Part shown: piece after piece, positions 62,504 through 64,000 of the stretch
Layout: each line of letters opens with the position of its first letter
How positions within the stretch are numbered: position 1 is the first letter of the stretch
DNA from: Acidobacteriota bacterium
Lineage (GTDB): Bacteria; Acidobacteriota; UBA890; WLXD01
Length of the DNA: 64,000 bases
NCBI GenBank assembly: GCA_965248695.1
Contig: CBDFKD010000002.1
Span: 3,040,001-3,104,000, forward strand
Direction: 5' to 3'
The notes under the pieces: model-generated
Database searches by the model: none
What the model was told of the DNA's origin: nothing
Seen by the model: the letters and a program-made list of their open reading frames with translations, nothing else
Translations under genes and position numbers: made by a program

Positions 62504-64000
62504 GCGCGCTTCGGCGCGCCCGATGTCGGCAGTGATCTGATCGCGATGTGCCGTCAGCTTCCGGAGCCGCTTTTTGACATCCGGGCTTGGCCGCGCACCG
62601 TCGTCGCGCGTCGCGGTCGACCTGTCCTTGCGCTTCTTCTTGCGCGCCCGCAGGACGACGTTGTCGACATCCAGATGATCGTCGCCGCAATAGTGCACGT
62701 ACTCGTCGTAGCTGCCCTGGTAGTCAAGTATGGCGTCCGACTTGATCTCGACGATGCGCGTCGCCAGCTGGGCAACGAACCAGCGGTCATGCGACACGAA
62801 GATCAGCGTGCCCTCGTAGTTTCGTAGCCCCTCGACCAGTGCCTCGATCGACTCCAGGTCGAGATGGTTGGTGGGCTCGTCGAGCACGAGGACGTTGGGC
62901 TGTTGCACCGCTAGCCGGCAGAACACCAGGCGCGCCGCCTCACCACCGGAGAGCGAGCCGAGACGCTTCTTGGCTTCGTCGCCCGAGAACAACACCAGGC
63001 CGAGCTGGGCGCGGACGGAACCGATGGTTTCGCCCGGGCAAGCGTCGTGAATCGCCGCCTCGGCCGTCTGCTCTTCGGGCTTGAGCTGTTCTCGATGATC
63101 CTGCGCGAAGTAACCGGGGTAGGTCTCGTAGCCCCACTCGATTTCACCAGCGTCGGCGGCAAGCTCACCGACGATGATCTTCAACAAGGTCGACTTGCCG
63201 ATGCCGTTGGGCCCCATGATCGCCAGCCGGTCACCGCGCCGCACGGTGAGGTCAACACCGTTCAGGACCTGGTTGTCGCCGAATGCCTTGGCGACGCCTT
63301 CGGTCTTGAGCGTCTCTCGCCCACTCGGGCGGACCTGCTGAAACCGGAACGTCGGGTAGCGTCGCGAGCTCGGCGGCAGCGTCGACAGGCTCTCCGCCTT
63401 CTTCTCGATCATCCGCACCTTGCTCTGCGCCTGCCGCGCCTTGCTTGCCTTGGCGCGGAAGCGATCGATGAAGGCCTGATGGTGGGCGATCTCCTTCTCG
63501 CGCTTGCCGATCTCCTTCTCCTTGCGATCGCGCTCGGCCTGCTTGGCGTCACGGAAGGCAGTGTAGTTGCCGCTATACAAGGTCACCGTCTGGTAATCGA
63601 CGTCGAGGATGTTGGTGCAAACGTTGTCCAGGAACCGGTGATCGTGAGAGATCACCACCACCGGCCCGGCGAAGTTCTGCAGAAACTTCTCCAACCAGCG
63701 AATCGACAGGATGTCGAGATGGTTGGTGGGCTCATCGAGCAGAAGAATGTCGGGGTCGCCGGCGAGGACCTGGGCCAGCAAGACCCTCAACTTGAAGCCA
63801 CCGGACAGTGTGGAGAGCGCATCGCGATGGCACGCGGTCTGCAGCCCGAGTCCCTCGAGAATCTCGGAGCCACGCGCTTCGGCGGAGTAGCCATCGTGGC
63901 GCACGATGATGTCTTCGAGCTCCGAGTAGCGGTCACCATCGAAGTCAGCCTCGGCATTCGCCAGCAGCGCGTCCTTCTCGACGATCGCCTCCCAGAGCTC
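62306..64000 (-). CDS. ABC-F family ATPase (YbiT/Uup-like); N-terminus outside window, C-terminus apparently replaced by MITE sequence
   Basis: LSGGFK, LLLDEPTNHLD, ISHD, linker ASKARQAQSK, GPNGIGKST, LSGGE, second DEPTNHLD. No TM domain. Confidence 0.9.
   Translation of the reverse strand, partial: ELWEAIVEKDALLANAEADFDGDRYSELEDIIVRHDGYSAEARGSEILEGLGLQTACHRDALSTLSGGFKLRVLLAQVLAGDPDILLLDEPTNHLDILSIRWLEKFLQNFAGPVVVISHDHRFLDNVCTNILDVDYQTVTLYSGNYTAFRDAKQAERDRKEKEIGKREKEIAHHQAFIDRFRAKASKARQAQSKVRMIEKKAESLSTLPPSSRRYPTFRFQQVRPSGRETLKTEGVAKAFGDNQVLNGVDLTVRRGDRLAIMGPNGIGKSTLLKIIVGELAADAGEIEWGYETYPGYFAQDHREQLKPEEQTAEAAIHDACPGETIGSVRAQLGLVLFSGDEAKKRLGSLSGGEAARLVFCRLAVQQPNVLVLDEPTNHLDLESIEALVEGLRNYEGTLIFVSHDRWFVAQLATRIVEIKSDAILDYQGSYDEYVHYCGDDHLDVDNVVLRARKKKRKDRSTATRDDGARPSPDVKKRLRKLTAHRDQITADIGRAEARVDESQRGVRPQLPICPQANQSNSGEIGPPALLLLLGDAPTSTRRSALRPTPFRHHGTIDSSVTGH

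Overview
High-GC, densely coding bacterial window. The gene content (ADOP-type permease, DUF1592/DUF1552/ankyrin cassette, many PQQ-like propellers, LmtA homolog) is most consistent with an Acidobacteriota or Gemmatimonadota genome; this is inference only. I found no rRNA, tRNA or CRISPR array. Main blocks: (1) opgH/opgG glucan genes set head-to-head with an uncharacterised PTPS/RibD/dehydrogenase/GT4-methyltransferase/flippase-like/CDP-alcohol transferase/sulfatase-fold cluster, possibly a new envelope-modification pathway; (2) an exported cytochrome c + PQQ dehydrogenase + Cys-Cys protein + heme c/type II copper monooxygenase module; (3) metF, betA, an amidohydrolase and an HhH-repeat operon behind a Fur-like palindrome; (4) iorAB-like molybdoenzyme and a back-to-back junction of two gene fragments (ABC permease, copper amine oxidase); (5) DUF1592-DUF1552-ankyrin; (6) form II coxSLM-DE-G with Moco maturation genes; (7) a short alternative complex III/Qrc-like operon; (8) SpdH-like and other hydrolases/oxidases, regulators and an ABC-F ATPase. 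Two copies of an IS630-like end lie at apparent truncation points. Four single-base frameshifts sit in short homopolymers and may be sequencing errors. All family assignments come from motif recognition, not database searches.
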